Below are positions 28,236 to 37,728 of a DNA stretch of 64,000 bases, one piece after another. A program made the position numbers and the translations under genes. The notes below the pieces were generated by a model, which saw only the letters and a list, made by a program, of their open reading frames with translations, did no database searches and had not been told where the DNA came from. Every line of letters starts with the position of its first letter. Position 1 is the first letter of the stretch. This stretch comes from Bacteroidota bacterium. GTDB taxonomy: Bacteria; Bacteroidota; Bacteroidia; Palsa-948. The stretch spans positions 6,679 through 70,678 of the forward strand of contig PLUL01000071.1 of NCBI GenBank assembly GCA_003164895.1, read 5' to 3'.

Positions 28236-30233
28236 TTATCTTGCGATGGATATTTTTTTATTTATCTCTCCGTAATCAGTAGTAATTTTTATAAAGTATG
28301 AACTTGCAGGTAATGTTGAGCAATCAAAAGTTATATTACTTAACTTGTTAGAATACATTTTTTCATAGACAATTTCACCGAGAACATTTATCAACTTAAT
28401 GGATTCTATGTGCGGAAGATGGTCGTCTGTATTAATTAATATTTCGGAAGAAGCTGGATTTGGATACACAGATACATTATGAGATAAAGTTGAGATGGAA
28501 GATATTTCCGTAACTGTATTATTTGCTGAAATGAGCCACTGGTTTGGATCAAACTTTACAGAATCAGCATGAAAAGAAAGCTGGATGGAAAAAACTTGTC
28601 CAGAAGAAGTGTTTGTCAAACGGACGATTGTATCCTTTGTAGAATTTTTAAATTCAACCGGAATGTCAAGACCAAAAAATGAAACTGAAGATGGTTTGGA
28701 AGCGGACTGCATCACATTAAGTGTAACCAAATTGGAAACATCCTGCGACCAGATTAATTGATAACTAGGAAAACCTTCTCCATAATACCACTGAATAAAA
28801 TAAGTTGTGAGATTTTTTCCAGATGCAGATTCAATATGTGCTTTCAGATCGGATGTTCGCGCAAAATTATATGAAAGCAAAGGATCGTTCAAATAATTTT
28901 TAACTCCTGCAAAAAAGCCGGAGTCGCCAACCTGATAACGCAGTTGATGTAGAAAGTAACCGGCTTTTTGATAGGTTAGTCGTTGATCAAAAATTCTTTT
29001 TACCGATGAAGTATCACTCACCCAAATTGCTCCATCCGGCTGGCTGGTAATACTGCCAAGTAGATTATTTTTCCAGATGTGCCACCAATAACCGTTGTCA
29101 AGGTATTCATAGCAAAGATCGGTGAGATAAACAGCAAATCCTTCATTGAGAAAAATATCTTCCCAACTTCCGCAGGTAACTTTATCGCCAAACCATTGGT
29201 GTGCGCATTCGTGCACAAGCAGTTCGAAATAAAAATTTCCGGCATAACTCATAGTTTGATGTTCCATCCCGCCTCCCCAACCGAATTTCGCATGACCATA
29301 TTTTTCTTTTTGAAATGGATAAATTTCAAAAAGAGAATCAAATAAAAGTAATCCAGGAATCATGCTTTGAATGGCACCATGATCACCGGCGGAATCTTCG
29401 GTCCAGAGATAATTCAGAATCTGTAATGTATCGGTTTTAAAAATTGCTTTGTCGGAACAAACAGAAAATTTTGCAACATCAATTGCCACAAGGTAAGTTG
29501 CAATTGGATATCGGTGTTTCCAGTGATAGGTTGTAAATCCACTGGAAATATTTGAAGAGACAAGCAACCCATTACTTGCGTCTTTGTATTGAGAAGGAGT
29601 GGTAACAAAAATATCAATCGAATCAATTTTATCGGTGAGTGAATTTTTGCAAGGCCACCATTCTCTTGCACCATAAGGTTCTGATAAAGTCCAGATGGTG
29701 TAGGTGGAATCAGGTCCATGTTTTTTTTGCCCGAAAGAACCAAAGCCGGAAGTATCGGTTGGTGGAATACCGTGATAATAAATATCTGCATTGTATTTAG
29801 TTCCTGAATTAAGTGAAGACGGGAAATTAATAGTGAGCATATTTCCGCTGTGAGAAAAAGTAGTTTTCTGATTTTGATAAAGCACGGAATCTGCCACGAG
29901 CGAATCGGACATGTCAAGCGTGATGGAAGAAAGATTGTTTGCGGGAATAAAATAAGTATTGATATGACCTGAAATAAATTTTATTGCTGGGTCAATGTTC
30001 CAATAGCATTGATCGTAAACAATATTGTAATTTGTTGTGAGCGGATTCTCGTGAAAATTTATTCTTGCCTGAGCTGAGCGCTGTTCCCCTTCAATGATTT
30101 TATTTTCTACTTCTAAAGATGGAGGTTGAATATTGGATAATCCGATTGGGTTTTTATTCTGAGAAATACAGTGAGTGAAAGGAGAAAAAAAAGTGATGAA
30201 AAAAAGAAAACCGATGCTGCGAATTTTTTTCAT
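28236..30233 (-). CDS. M1-family zinc aminopeptidase with a C-terminal T9SS (type-A, Por_Secre_tail) sorting domain
   Basis: HExxH-(18)-E zinc site: VHECAHQWFGDKVTCGSWEDIFLNEGFAVY. GAREWWPC resembles the GAMEN exopeptidase motif. The last ~80 aa (SVYPNPASSEILINTDD...YFIKITTDYGEINKKISIAR) are the T9SS CTD. Confidence 0.85.
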   Translation of the reverse strand: MKKIRSIGFLFFITFFSPFTHCISQNKNPIGLSNIQPPSLEVENKIIEGEQRSAQARINFHENPLTTNYNIVYDQCYWNIDPAIKFISGHINTYFIPANNLSSITLDMSDSLVADSVLYQNQKTTFSHSGNMLTINFPSSLNSGTKYNADIYYHGIPPTDTSGFGSFGQKKHGPDSTYTIWTLSEPYGAREWWPCKNSLTDKIDSIDIFVTTPSQYKDASNGLLVSSNISSGFTTYHWKHRYPIATYLVAIDVAKFSVCSDKAIFKTDTLQILNYLWTEDSAGDHGAIQSMIPGLLLFDSLFEIYPFQKEKYGHAKFGWGGGMEHQTMSYAGNFYFELLVHECAHQWFGDKVTCGSWEDIFLNEGFAVYLTDLCYEYLDNGYWWHIWKNNLLGSITSQPDGAIWVSDTSSVKRIFDQRLTYQKAGYFLHQLRYQVGDSGFFAGVKNYLNDPLLSYNFARTSDLKAHIESASGKNLTTYFIQWYYGEGFPSYQLIWSQDVSNLVTLNVMQSASKPSSVSFFGLDIPVEFKNSTKDTIVRLTNTSSGQVFSIQLSFHADSVKFDPNQWLISANNTVTEISSISTLSHNVSVYPNPASSEILINTDDHLPHIESIKLINVLGEIVYEKMYSNKLSNITFDCSTLPASSYFIKITTDYGEINKKISIAR

Positions 30234-30281
30234 CCGAAAAATTATTGATAAATATACAATAAAATAAATGAATGAACAGTT

Positions 30282-30974
30282 TTACGATTTAGAATTTGTA
30301 TTTCTATATCCGATTAATTCGCCGCCGGCTCTTTTAATAAGTTGCACCGCCCAGCTTGTGATTACGATCGAGCCAATTATTCCGCTAAGTGCATCAAGCC
30401 AAAAAATATTATAATACATTCCAATTGAAAGCGCAATGATGGCTGTAACACTCGTCAAACCGTCTGCCAAAACATGAATGTATGCCGAACGAATATTGTG
30501 ATCGCTGTGTTCGTGATCGTGATGAAGAAGAACTGCGCTCAATCCATTTACTACCATCCCGATGAAGGCAATAAAAATTGCTTCACTGAATTTGATCGGC
30601 AGCGGATGAATTAATCTATCTGCCGATTCTAAAATCATAATCACCGCAACGATCTGAAGCACGATGGCGCTGCTGAAACCGGACAATGAAAGCAATTTTT
30701 TTTTATCAAAAGAAATCTTTTCATGATTGGAATATTTTCTTGAAAAAAAATAAGCAAGCCAAGTAAGCCCGATTGCAAAAACATGAGTGGACATGTGCCA
30801 GCCCTCCGCAGTCAATGCCATGGAATTGGAATAATAACCAAAACCAATTTCCAGAATCATTGTAATAATCGTCAGGATGACAACCCATCGCGTTTTATTT
30901 TCGTGATGCGCGCTATGATCGTGATCTTCGTGCGAATGATGATCGTGGTCGTGGCTATGCTCGTGCTCGCTCAT
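30282..30974 (-). CDS. cation diffusion facilitator (CDF) family divalent-metal efflux transporter, short form with His-rich N-terminus
   Basis: MSEHEHSHDHDHHSHEDHDHSAHH His-rich tail, 6 TM segments, and the conserved HVLADGLTS motif in TM5. Lacks a long cytoplasmic C-terminal domain. Confidence 0.85.
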   Translation of the reverse strand: MSEHEHSHDHDHHSHEDHDHSAHHENKTRWVVILTIITMILEIGFGYYSNSMALTAEGWHMSTHVFAIGLTWLAYFFSRKYSNHEKISFDKKKLLSLSGFSSAIVLQIVAVIMILESADRLIHPLPIKFSEAIFIAFIGMVVNGLSAVLLHHDHEHSDHNIRSAYIHVLADGLTSVTAIIALSIGMYYNIFWLDALSGIIGSIVITSWAVQLIKRAGGELIGYRNTNSKS

Positions 30975-31001
30975 TTTTTTTATTTAGAAAATAAAGTTCG
31001 G

Positions 31002-33491
31002 TTATTCTTTTGGCTTCTTTATATCTAATGGAACAACTAATTTAATACTAATATTTCTTCCCATGTTATAAATGCCGCTTCGCCCTGTCCAGTTATTCGG
31101 ATAGTTATCGAAATATTTTAGGCGATTCATGTTGGACTGATAAGCAACATTCGCCAGATTTGTCCCGAGAATATTCAGCGAAAAAAGAGTATTCCCTTTT
31201 TTGTCCACCACGTTTCCGCCAATTCCGGCATCAAACAAAGTGTAACTCGGAGTTTTTGTTTCCGTTCCATACGCGGAATAAAAATGATTTTGTTCAGCAT
31301 AATATTGTACACCTGCTTTTACAAATATATTTGCAAAAGAACCGACTCTTTTCTTGAACTCCGCACGTAATTCGGTGTTGGTGTGAAATGGTGGAATGAG
31401 CGGAAGAAATTTTGTACTGTCGGTAATTTTTATGCCATTCCCGCCTAAGTTCACTGCGTAAATATAAGAGATGGAATTTTCAAAATGCAGCCAGTCGAAC
31501 GGATGCGGATGAATATCAAGATTTAATTCTCCTCCGTAAAGTTGCGCGGTGGTTTGAAAGAATTTGAAGACAGGATATTTATCTCCGCCTTGTGTGAAGA
31601 TAGAATCTCCGCCATGAACACTCTGAAGTTTTGCATCGTAAATATAATTGCTGATGTTGTTATTGAAAACTCCAGCGCTTCCCGAAACGTGTGTGCTGTT
31701 GAAAAAAATTCCGACATCTTCCTGCAAACTGAATTCGGGTTTGAAATCCGCATCGCCTAATTGTTCAAAGCCGGTTCCGGGATGAACACCTTTTGCCGAA
31801 ATCTCATCAATGTTTGGCGCACGATAACCGCGGGCAATGTTTCCTTTTATTCCGATATGATCGTTGAAATTATAGGTGGCACCAACACTTCCGCTTGCTC
31901 CTGAAAAAGTGTGTTTGTAATAATCAAATTGTTTTTTAACTGAAGTGTCCTTAGGATTAGCTTGAGTTGCCATATCAAAACCTGTTGTTGGATTTGGCTT
32001 GGTAAACATGGAATCATTTTGAAACATTCGTACATCGTATCTTACTCCGGCAGATAAATCCAGCTTGCCAAAAGTTTTTTTCACCTGCACAAAAGGACCA
32101 ACATCAAAAGAATGATAAGATGGAATTACCATTTCAGTTCCTTTGCTCGCGCTATTATCCTGATACATTCCATTCACGCCAACGGTTGTTTCCCATTTTT
32201 TTACTTCCGGCAAATAATATTTTATATCGTAAGAAAATGTATTGAGAATTAAATATAATCCTGCAACATCAGGATACAAAGGATGACTAAATTCCTGACG
32301 AATGCTTTGTTGCAATCCCACATTCACCGCCAACTTACTCTTTCCGAAAATAAAATTGCTGGTAGAAAAAGCTCGGTAATGCTGAACATGCTGATGCAAA
32401 ATTCCAATCTTGTATGAATTTAATTCCTGATTGCTTACGATTTGCCGCACGGTATCTGCTTCAGAAATTTGTTTGGTAAATTTTCTGGTTGCGGAATCTC
32501 GGCTTCCGTCAGGAATTTCCTGCAAGTTGTCATACACGCTGAAATTCAGGTGAGAATATCCCCAGGAGCGATGCAATCCCAAGTAAGCATTCAAATCGTT
32601 CTCATTGTATTTTGTTCCATAAACTCTTCCGTCAAATTTATTTTCATAATCGCTTGCTTGTTTATGCGAACCTCGGAATCCCCACACAAAACCATTACTG
32701 TTTCCGTCAAGATTAATTGATGCAGCAATTTGTTTATTGTTCGTTTGATAATTAGTTAACACATTTCCTTTTATTGTTCCGTCAGGAACCGGATTTGCAG
32801 GAATCAAATTCACAACGCCTGCCAGCGCATCGCTTCCATACATCAAACTTGCTGGACCTTTCACTACTTCAATATGGTCAATCAGAAATTGGTCAACTTC
32901 AATTCCGTGTTCATCGCCCCACTGCTGCCCTTCCTGTCTAACTCCGTCAAATAAAGTAAGCACGCGGTTGTATCCAAGTCCGTCAATAAATGGTTTTGAA
33001 ACATTTGGTCCGGTGGTTAGTGTACTCACGCCCGGAATTTTATTCATGGTTTCAATAATATTTGTGGAGGCATTTTGAGTGAGATATTGCTGGCTGAGGG
33101 CAACCATCGGCACAGGATTCTTTTTTATCTCTGTTGCTTTGGATGTGCCGGTAACCACCACTTCGGTAATTTCTGTAACGGCAGTTTGCATCACAAAATC
33201 TTTTGTTGTCGTGACGGAGAGGTCAATGGTTTCGGTGATGGTGGCATAACCTTCCATGCTCACTTTCACCAGCACTTTTGAAGTGGGAAGATTGTCAATG
33301 AAATAAGTTCCATCGGGTTTGGACATCGCTCCTGTTTTCAAATCAGGAATATAAATTTGAACGCCGGGTAAAGTTTCTTTTGTGTCTTTATCTGTAATTT
33401 TCCCAGATAAAGAAGTTTTGCCAGGTGAGGCAAAGGCAATGTGTGAGACACTTATCAGAATTCCTATATATATGTGAAAGATAGTTTTCAT
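31002..33491 (-). CDS. TonB-dependent outer-membrane receptor (CarbopepD_reg-like N-domain, plug, 22-strand barrel)
   Basis: Signal peptide, then SGKITDKDTKETLPGVQIYIPDLKTGAMSKPDGTYFIDNLP (carboxypeptidase-regulatory-like domain). Plug motifs VVVTGT...IDHIEVVKGPASLMYGSDALAGVVNLI. C-terminal barrel ends with an aromatic-rich final strand. Confidence 0.88.
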   Translation of the reverse strand: MKTIFHIYIGILISVSHIAFASPGKTSLSGKITDKDTKETLPGVQIYIPDLKTGAMSKPDGTYFIDNLPTSKVLVKVSMEGYATITETIDLSVTTTKDFVMQTAVTEITEVVVTGTSKATEIKKNPVPMVALSQQYLTQNASTNIIETMNKIPGVSTLTTGPNVSKPFIDGLGYNRVLTLFDGVRQEGQQWGDEHGIEVDQFLIDHIEVVKGPASLMYGSDALAGVVNLIPANPVPDGTIKGNVLTNYQTNNKQIAASINLDGNSNGFVWGFRGSHKQASDYENKFDGRVYGTKYNENDLNAYLGLHRSWGYSHLNFSVYDNLQEIPDGSRDSATRKFTKQISEADTVRQIVSNQELNSYKIGILHQHVQHYRAFSTSNFIFGKSKLAVNVGLQQSIRQEFSHPLYPDVAGLYLILNTFSYDIKYYLPEVKKWETTVGVNGMYQDNSASKGTEMVIPSYHSFDVGPFVQVKKTFGKLDLSAGVRYDVRMFQNDSMFTKPNPTTGFDMATQANPKDTSVKKQFDYYKHTFSGASGSVGATYNFNDHIGIKGNIARGYRAPNIDEISAKGVHPGTGFEQLGDADFKPEFSLQEDVGIFFNSTHVSGSAGVFNNNISNYIYDAKLQSVHGGDSIFTQGGDKYPVFKFFQTTAQLYGGELNLDIHPHPFDWLHFENSISYIYAVNLGGNGIKITDSTKFLPLIPPFHTNTELRAEFKKRVGSFANIFVKAGVQYYAEQNHFYSAYGTETKTPSYTLFDAGIGGNVVDKKGNTLFSLNILGTNLANVAYQSNMNRLKYFDNYPNNWTGRSGIYNMGRNISIKLVVPLDIKKPKE

Positions 33492-33557
33492 GAATAATAA
33501 ATTAGAGTATGAAACCTGCCAATTTGCCTAAGGCAAATGACTTAAATTAAATGGGGT

Positions 33558-33881
33558 TCAGGAAATTGCAGGAGGCGCTCTTAGCGAAGCAGAAGAAAAT
33601 TGAGAAGAAGAAAAATAAACTCCAGCTTGATTAGGAAAAATTGTGGATGCAAAATAAAACAGAGAAAAATTATTGTCGGCATTGGAAGGAGAAGAAACTA
33701 CCGGAAGAACAAAATCGCAAAGCGTACAATCGTGATGCTGGGTATGGAGGTGCTGCTCCCCATTGGCATCGCAGTGAAATGCTTTTTCATGATTAATGGC
33801 ATGAACATCCTGAACAACTGCCGGAAATAGAAAAACCGTGAGAAAGAAAAGAGAAAAATATAATTTTAATTTGCCAAGCAT
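33558..33881 (-). CDS. small secreted His/Cys-rich protein (putative metal-binding), first gene of the TonB-receptor/CDF cluster
   Basis: 107 aa. Signal peptide MLGKLKLYFSLFFLTVFLFPAVVQDVHA, then HEKAFHCDANGEQHLHTQHHDCTLCDF (7 His and 4 Cys within 27 aa). 66 bp upstream of the TonB receptor on the same strand. Confidence 0.5.
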   Translation of the reverse strand: MLGKLKLYFSLFFLTVFLFPAVVQDVHAINHEKAFHCDANGEQHLHTQHHDCTLCDFVLPVVSSPSNADNNFSLFYFASTIFPNQAGVYFSSSQFSSASLRAPPAIS

Positions 33882-34314
33882 GCAACAAAGATAGGAAATA
33901 TAATTGAATTTACCTTCATTATAACTTGTTTCTTGTTTGAAACTTGCATGAAGTTGTGTGCCGTTACCCTAACAAAACCACAACGAAAAAAGGTTTTGTT
34001 ACGCTGTTGAGGTAGATTAATTATGTATTTTCTGATATTGTTCTCGGAATATGGTTTTACAAACTCTCCTCATTAAAAGATATTATTTCGATTGGAAAGT
34101 TTTTTGTCGAATAATGTTATAACATCCATTCTATTTTTTTTCTCTCTACAATTTGCTTTAAGTTGCAGTATATTTATTTATTATTGCAAAGATATTTAGC
34201 ATGATGTGAATTCTTGTTTGAAGAATTCTTTTTTACATACCCCCATCTTTTTTGGTTAAACAATTGAAGTCATTCATGTGATTTTGGTTTTGATATAGAA
34301 TATATAATAGTAAC

Positions 34315-37300
34315 ATGAAAAAAATAATTATTCTCTTTTTTCTTTTTATCATTTTTAAAATTTCATTAGCGCAGACAGGAACTGTTACCATTACCCCAAC
34401 ATATTCTGTTTGTCTCGGCACAGTTGTAACCATGACAGCGAGCGGTTTTGTTGCGCCAACCATTACACGATGGGAAACATCACCTAATAATAATCCGCCA
34501 TGGACTGCGATTGCTTCTTCTAATTCTCCTACGATCACAGTTACGGCATCAGCTTCTCTTTATTATAGAGCGGTGGCTACAACAGGTCTTGCTGCAACCA
34601 ACTCCGCACTTCTAACTATTAATCAGCCATCAGCAGGAACAGTTTCATCAAATGCAACCGTATGTTCAGGAATTAACAGCGGAACATTAACACTATCAGG
34701 AACTTTTACTTCTGTTAATTTCTGGGAATATTCTATTGATGGTGGAAATACCTGGACTCCAATTTCAAATACAACCACTTCACAAAATTATTTGAACTTA
34801 ACAACATACACTCAATACAGAGTCGATATGACAAACGGAATTTGTCCGTCAGCAAAGGCAACACCTGCCATAATCACTGTGAATCCAACTTCTATCGGAG
34901 GAACAGCTGCGGGAACTGCAACTGTTTGTTCCGGCTCAAATGGCGGAACATTACTATTGAGTGGATATTCTGGAAGTGTTATCAAATGGCAATCATCAAC
35001 TGATGGAGATATTACATGGACAAATATTACGAATATTACAAATACAAATAATTATTCCAACATCACGCAAACAACCGATTACAGAGCGGTGGTTCAAAGT
35101 GGAACATGCGCTTCAGCAAATTCATCGTCTGCAACCATTTCTGTTTCCCCTGTTTCGGATGGAGGAACAATTTCTGGAGCGGCTTCGGTTTGCAGTGGAG
35201 CAAATAATGGCACATTAACTTTAAGCGGACAGACAGGAACTATTTTGAATTGGAGTTCCTCAATTGATGGCGGAAATACTTGGACACCGATTGCAAACAC
35301 AACATCTTCACAAAATTATTCCAACTTAATTGCGACAACAATGTATTTGGCAACGGTGCAGAACGGTTCATGTGCTTCTGCAAATTCAACTTCAGCAACA
35401 ATTACAGTTTCTCCTGGATCAATTGGTGGTATTGTTTTAGGAGCAACTTCAACTTGTGCAGGTTCAAACAACGGAACATTGACTTTAAGCGGATACACTG
35501 GAAATATTGTCAGATGGCAATCATCGGTTGACGGAGGAATAACTTGGGCAAACATTACAAACACATCCGCTTATAATAATTATTCAAACTTGGCACAGAC
35601 TACTGATTTCAGAGCGGTAGTTCAAAACGGAATTTGTGCTGCTGCAAATTCTTCCATAGCAAGAATAACCATCGTTCCCATTTCTGATGGCGGAACTGTG
35701 AATAGTAACGCAACGGTATGTTCAGGTGCAAATAACGGAACGCTTCAACTTATTAATTACACCGGTACTGTTGCTCAATGGGAAAAATCCACCGACAATG
35801 GCTTTAACTGGAATATAATTTCAAACGGGACCGATACGCTCAGTTATTCCAACCTAACAATAAAAACTTTATTTCGAGCGCTTGTTCAAAGCGGAACTTG
35901 CACTGCAAATTATTCCACACCAGCAACTATCACAATAAATTCTCTATCTGTCGGTGGAATTATTTCAGGTGCTGATACAATTTGCAGCGGTTCTAATAGT
36001 GGTAATTTAATTTTAAGTGGATATTTTGGCAGCATTGTGAGATGGCAGTCATCAACAGATGGCGGTGTATCGTGGAATAATATTTCCAACACCACAGCAA
36101 TTTATAATTATGTAAATATTGTTACCACTACAAATTATAGAGCGGTGATTCAGAACGGAGGATGCCCTGCTGCGAATTCTGCCGATGCAATTATCACCGT
36201 GTTTCCTGTTTCGGCTGGAGGAAATCTTTCTCCCGCAGCATTTTCTGCTTGCAATGGAATCAATAACGGAACAATTATTTTAAGCGGACATTCTGGAAAT
36301 ATTATCAAGTGGCAATCATCGATTGATGGCGGAGTAACATGGATGGATATTGCAAATACATCTATTGCTCAGGATTTTCAAAACCTTACTGCAACTACAA
36401 TTTACAGAGCTGTTGTTCAGAACGGACAATGCGCGCCTGCTTATTCGGCAGTATCAACAATCACTGCATCTCCTCAAACTGTTGGCGGAACTGTTTCTGG
36501 AAACGATACCGTTTGCACCGGAACAAATAATGGTTCACTTGTGCTGAATGGATTCACTGGAAGTATTCTCTACTGGGAAAAATCTATTGATGGAGGGTTA
36601 ACCTGGACAACAATTTCAAATACTACTGCGATGCAGAATTATTCCAACCTTTTAATTACAACAATGTATCATGCCGTTGTTCAAAGCGGTTCGTGTGCAA
36701 CAGCAAATTCGGCAAGTGCAACAATTTTAGTTTATCCTGCAACAATTGGCGGAAGTGTTCTCGGAAGTAAAGTTGTCTGCGACAGTTCTTCAACTGGATT
36801 ATTAACTTTATTTGGACATACAGGAAATATTCTTCGCTGGGAAAAATCTTTTGATAGCGGAATTACATGGACTCCTATTGTTAGCGCATCAAATACAATT
36901 TCTTATTCTGGAATTAAAACAGTAACTATGTTCCGTGCAGTGGTGCAAAGCGGAATATGTGTTTCTGCTGTTTCTGCACCGGCAACTGTTTCACTTTCTT
37001 TGCCTGTTCAAGCGGCATTTACCGATGTGATTAACGGAGCAACGGTTATTTTCACCAATACAAGTAATGGAAATATCGGAACAAGTGCTTGGGATTTTGG
37101 AGATGGAACTACAAGTGCTACTACCAACACAGCGCACAATTACATTGCAAACGGAACTTATCTTGTAAAATTAATTGTTGCCGATTCCTGCGGAAGCGAT
37201 ACGACAGCGCATATTGTTACCATAAATGGAGTTGGAATTAAGGAATTGTCATATAACAATCCTGAAGTGAAAGTTTTTCCGAATCCATCCAATGGGGTTT

Positions 37301-37494
37301 TCAATTTGCAGATGAATAAGTTTGAAAATGTGCTAATTAAAATATATGATATTTTGGGCGAATGTATTTATCAGCACATATGCCAATCTTTAAATCTTCA
37401 AATTGATTTATGCAATTCGCCTCGTGGAATTTATTTTTACACGCTCCAATCTCAAAACGAAATAATTGCAACAGGGAAGATTGTGAAAGAATAA
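34315..37494 (+). CDS. T9SS-secreted surface protein with 10 tandem ~93-aa Cys-containing repeats, one PKD domain, and a C-terminal T9SS (type-A) sorting domain
   Basis: 1059 aa with a signal peptide. Each repeat has GG(T/I)..G...VCSG.N.GTL.L.G..G.I..W(Q/E).S.DGG.TW..I.NTT...NYSNL..TT.YRAVVQ.G.C..ANS..A.ITV.P. PKD region has WDFGDGTTS...YLVKLIV. C-terminus VKVFPNPSNGVFNLQMN...IYFYTLQSQNEIIATGKIVKE is the Por_Secre_tail. Confidence 0.85.
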   Translation: MKKIIILFFLFIIFKISLAQTGTVTITPTYSVCLGTVVTMTASGFVAPTITRWETSPNNNPPWTAIASSNSPTITVTASASLYYRAVATTGLAATNSALLTINQPSAGTVSSNATVCSGINSGTLTLSGTFTSVNFWEYSIDGGNTWTPISNTTTSQNYLNLTTYTQYRVDMTNGICPSAKATPAIITVNPTSIGGTAAGTATVCSGSNGGTLLLSGYSGSVIKWQSSTDGDITWTNITNITNTNNYSNITQTTDYRAVVQSGTCASANSSSATISVSPVSDGGTISGAASVCSGANNGTLTLSGQTGTILNWSSSIDGGNTWTPIANTTSSQNYSNLIATTMYLATVQNGSCASANSTSATITVSPGSIGGIVLGATSTCAGSNNGTLTLSGYTGNIVRWQSSVDGGITWANITNTSAYNNYSNLAQTTDFRAVVQNGICAAANSSIARITIVPISDGGTVNSNATVCSGANNGTLQLINYTGTVAQWEKSTDNGFNWNIISNGTDTLSYSNLTIKTLFRALVQSGTCTANYSTPATITINSLSVGGIISGADTICSGSNSGNLILSGYFGSIVRWQSSTDGGVSWNNISNTTAIYNYVNIVTTTNYRAVIQNGGCPAANSADAIITVFPVSAGGNLSPAAFSACNGINNGTIILSGHSGNIIKWQSSIDGGVTWMDIANTSIAQDFQNLTATTIYRAVVQNGQCAPAYSAVSTITASPQTVGGTVSGNDTVCTGTNNGSLVLNGFTGSILYWEKSIDGGLTWTTISNTTAMQNYSNLLITTMYHAVVQSGSCATANSASATILVYPATIGGSVLGSKVVCDSSSTGLLTLFGHTGNILRWEKSFDSGITWTPIVSASNTISYSGIKTVTMFRAVVQSGICVSAVSAPATVSLSLPVQAAFTDVINGATVIFTNTSNGNIGTSAWDFGDGTTSATTNTAHNYIANGTYLVKLIVADSCGSDTTAHIVTINGVGIKELSYNNPEVKVFPNPSNGVFNLQMNKFENVLIKIYDILGECIYQHICQSLNLQIDLCNSPRGIYFYTLQSQNEIIATGKIVKE

Positions 37495-37728
37495 CGAAAA
37501 TATTTCTTCAATGACAATATATTTTCTATTTTTGTCTACCTCCATTTTATTAAATGACACAATTGTTTCATTTTTAAAATATTTGCTGCATATATATGCA
37601 TGCTTTTTGTTTTATAAATTCTGCCAAAGAATAAATAATCAATGCAAATAATAATTCAGAAATATTAAATGTTTACAGATAGTAACATCACGCATTATAA
37701 AACTAACATACTTACTAATTTATTAAAG

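Noticed and set aside
33600-33830. 76-aa Arg/Lys-rich plus-strand ORF
   Set aside because: It is antisense to the small His/Cys-rich secreted protein gene. The sense ORF has a signal peptide and a co-directional operon context, so the sense strand is preferred.
33970-34000. 9-bp-stem hairpin AACAAAACC-N12-GGTTTTGTT considered as a terminator or riboswitch element
   Set aside because: It is not followed by a T-run on either strand and no conserved riboswitch box (B12, TPP) was found around it. It is kept only as a possible operator within the metal-cluster finding.
34233-34538. 101-aa minus-strand ORF spanning the start of the 1059-aa repeat protein
   Set aside because: It is antisense across the promoter and signal-peptide region of a well-supported gene and has no features of its own.
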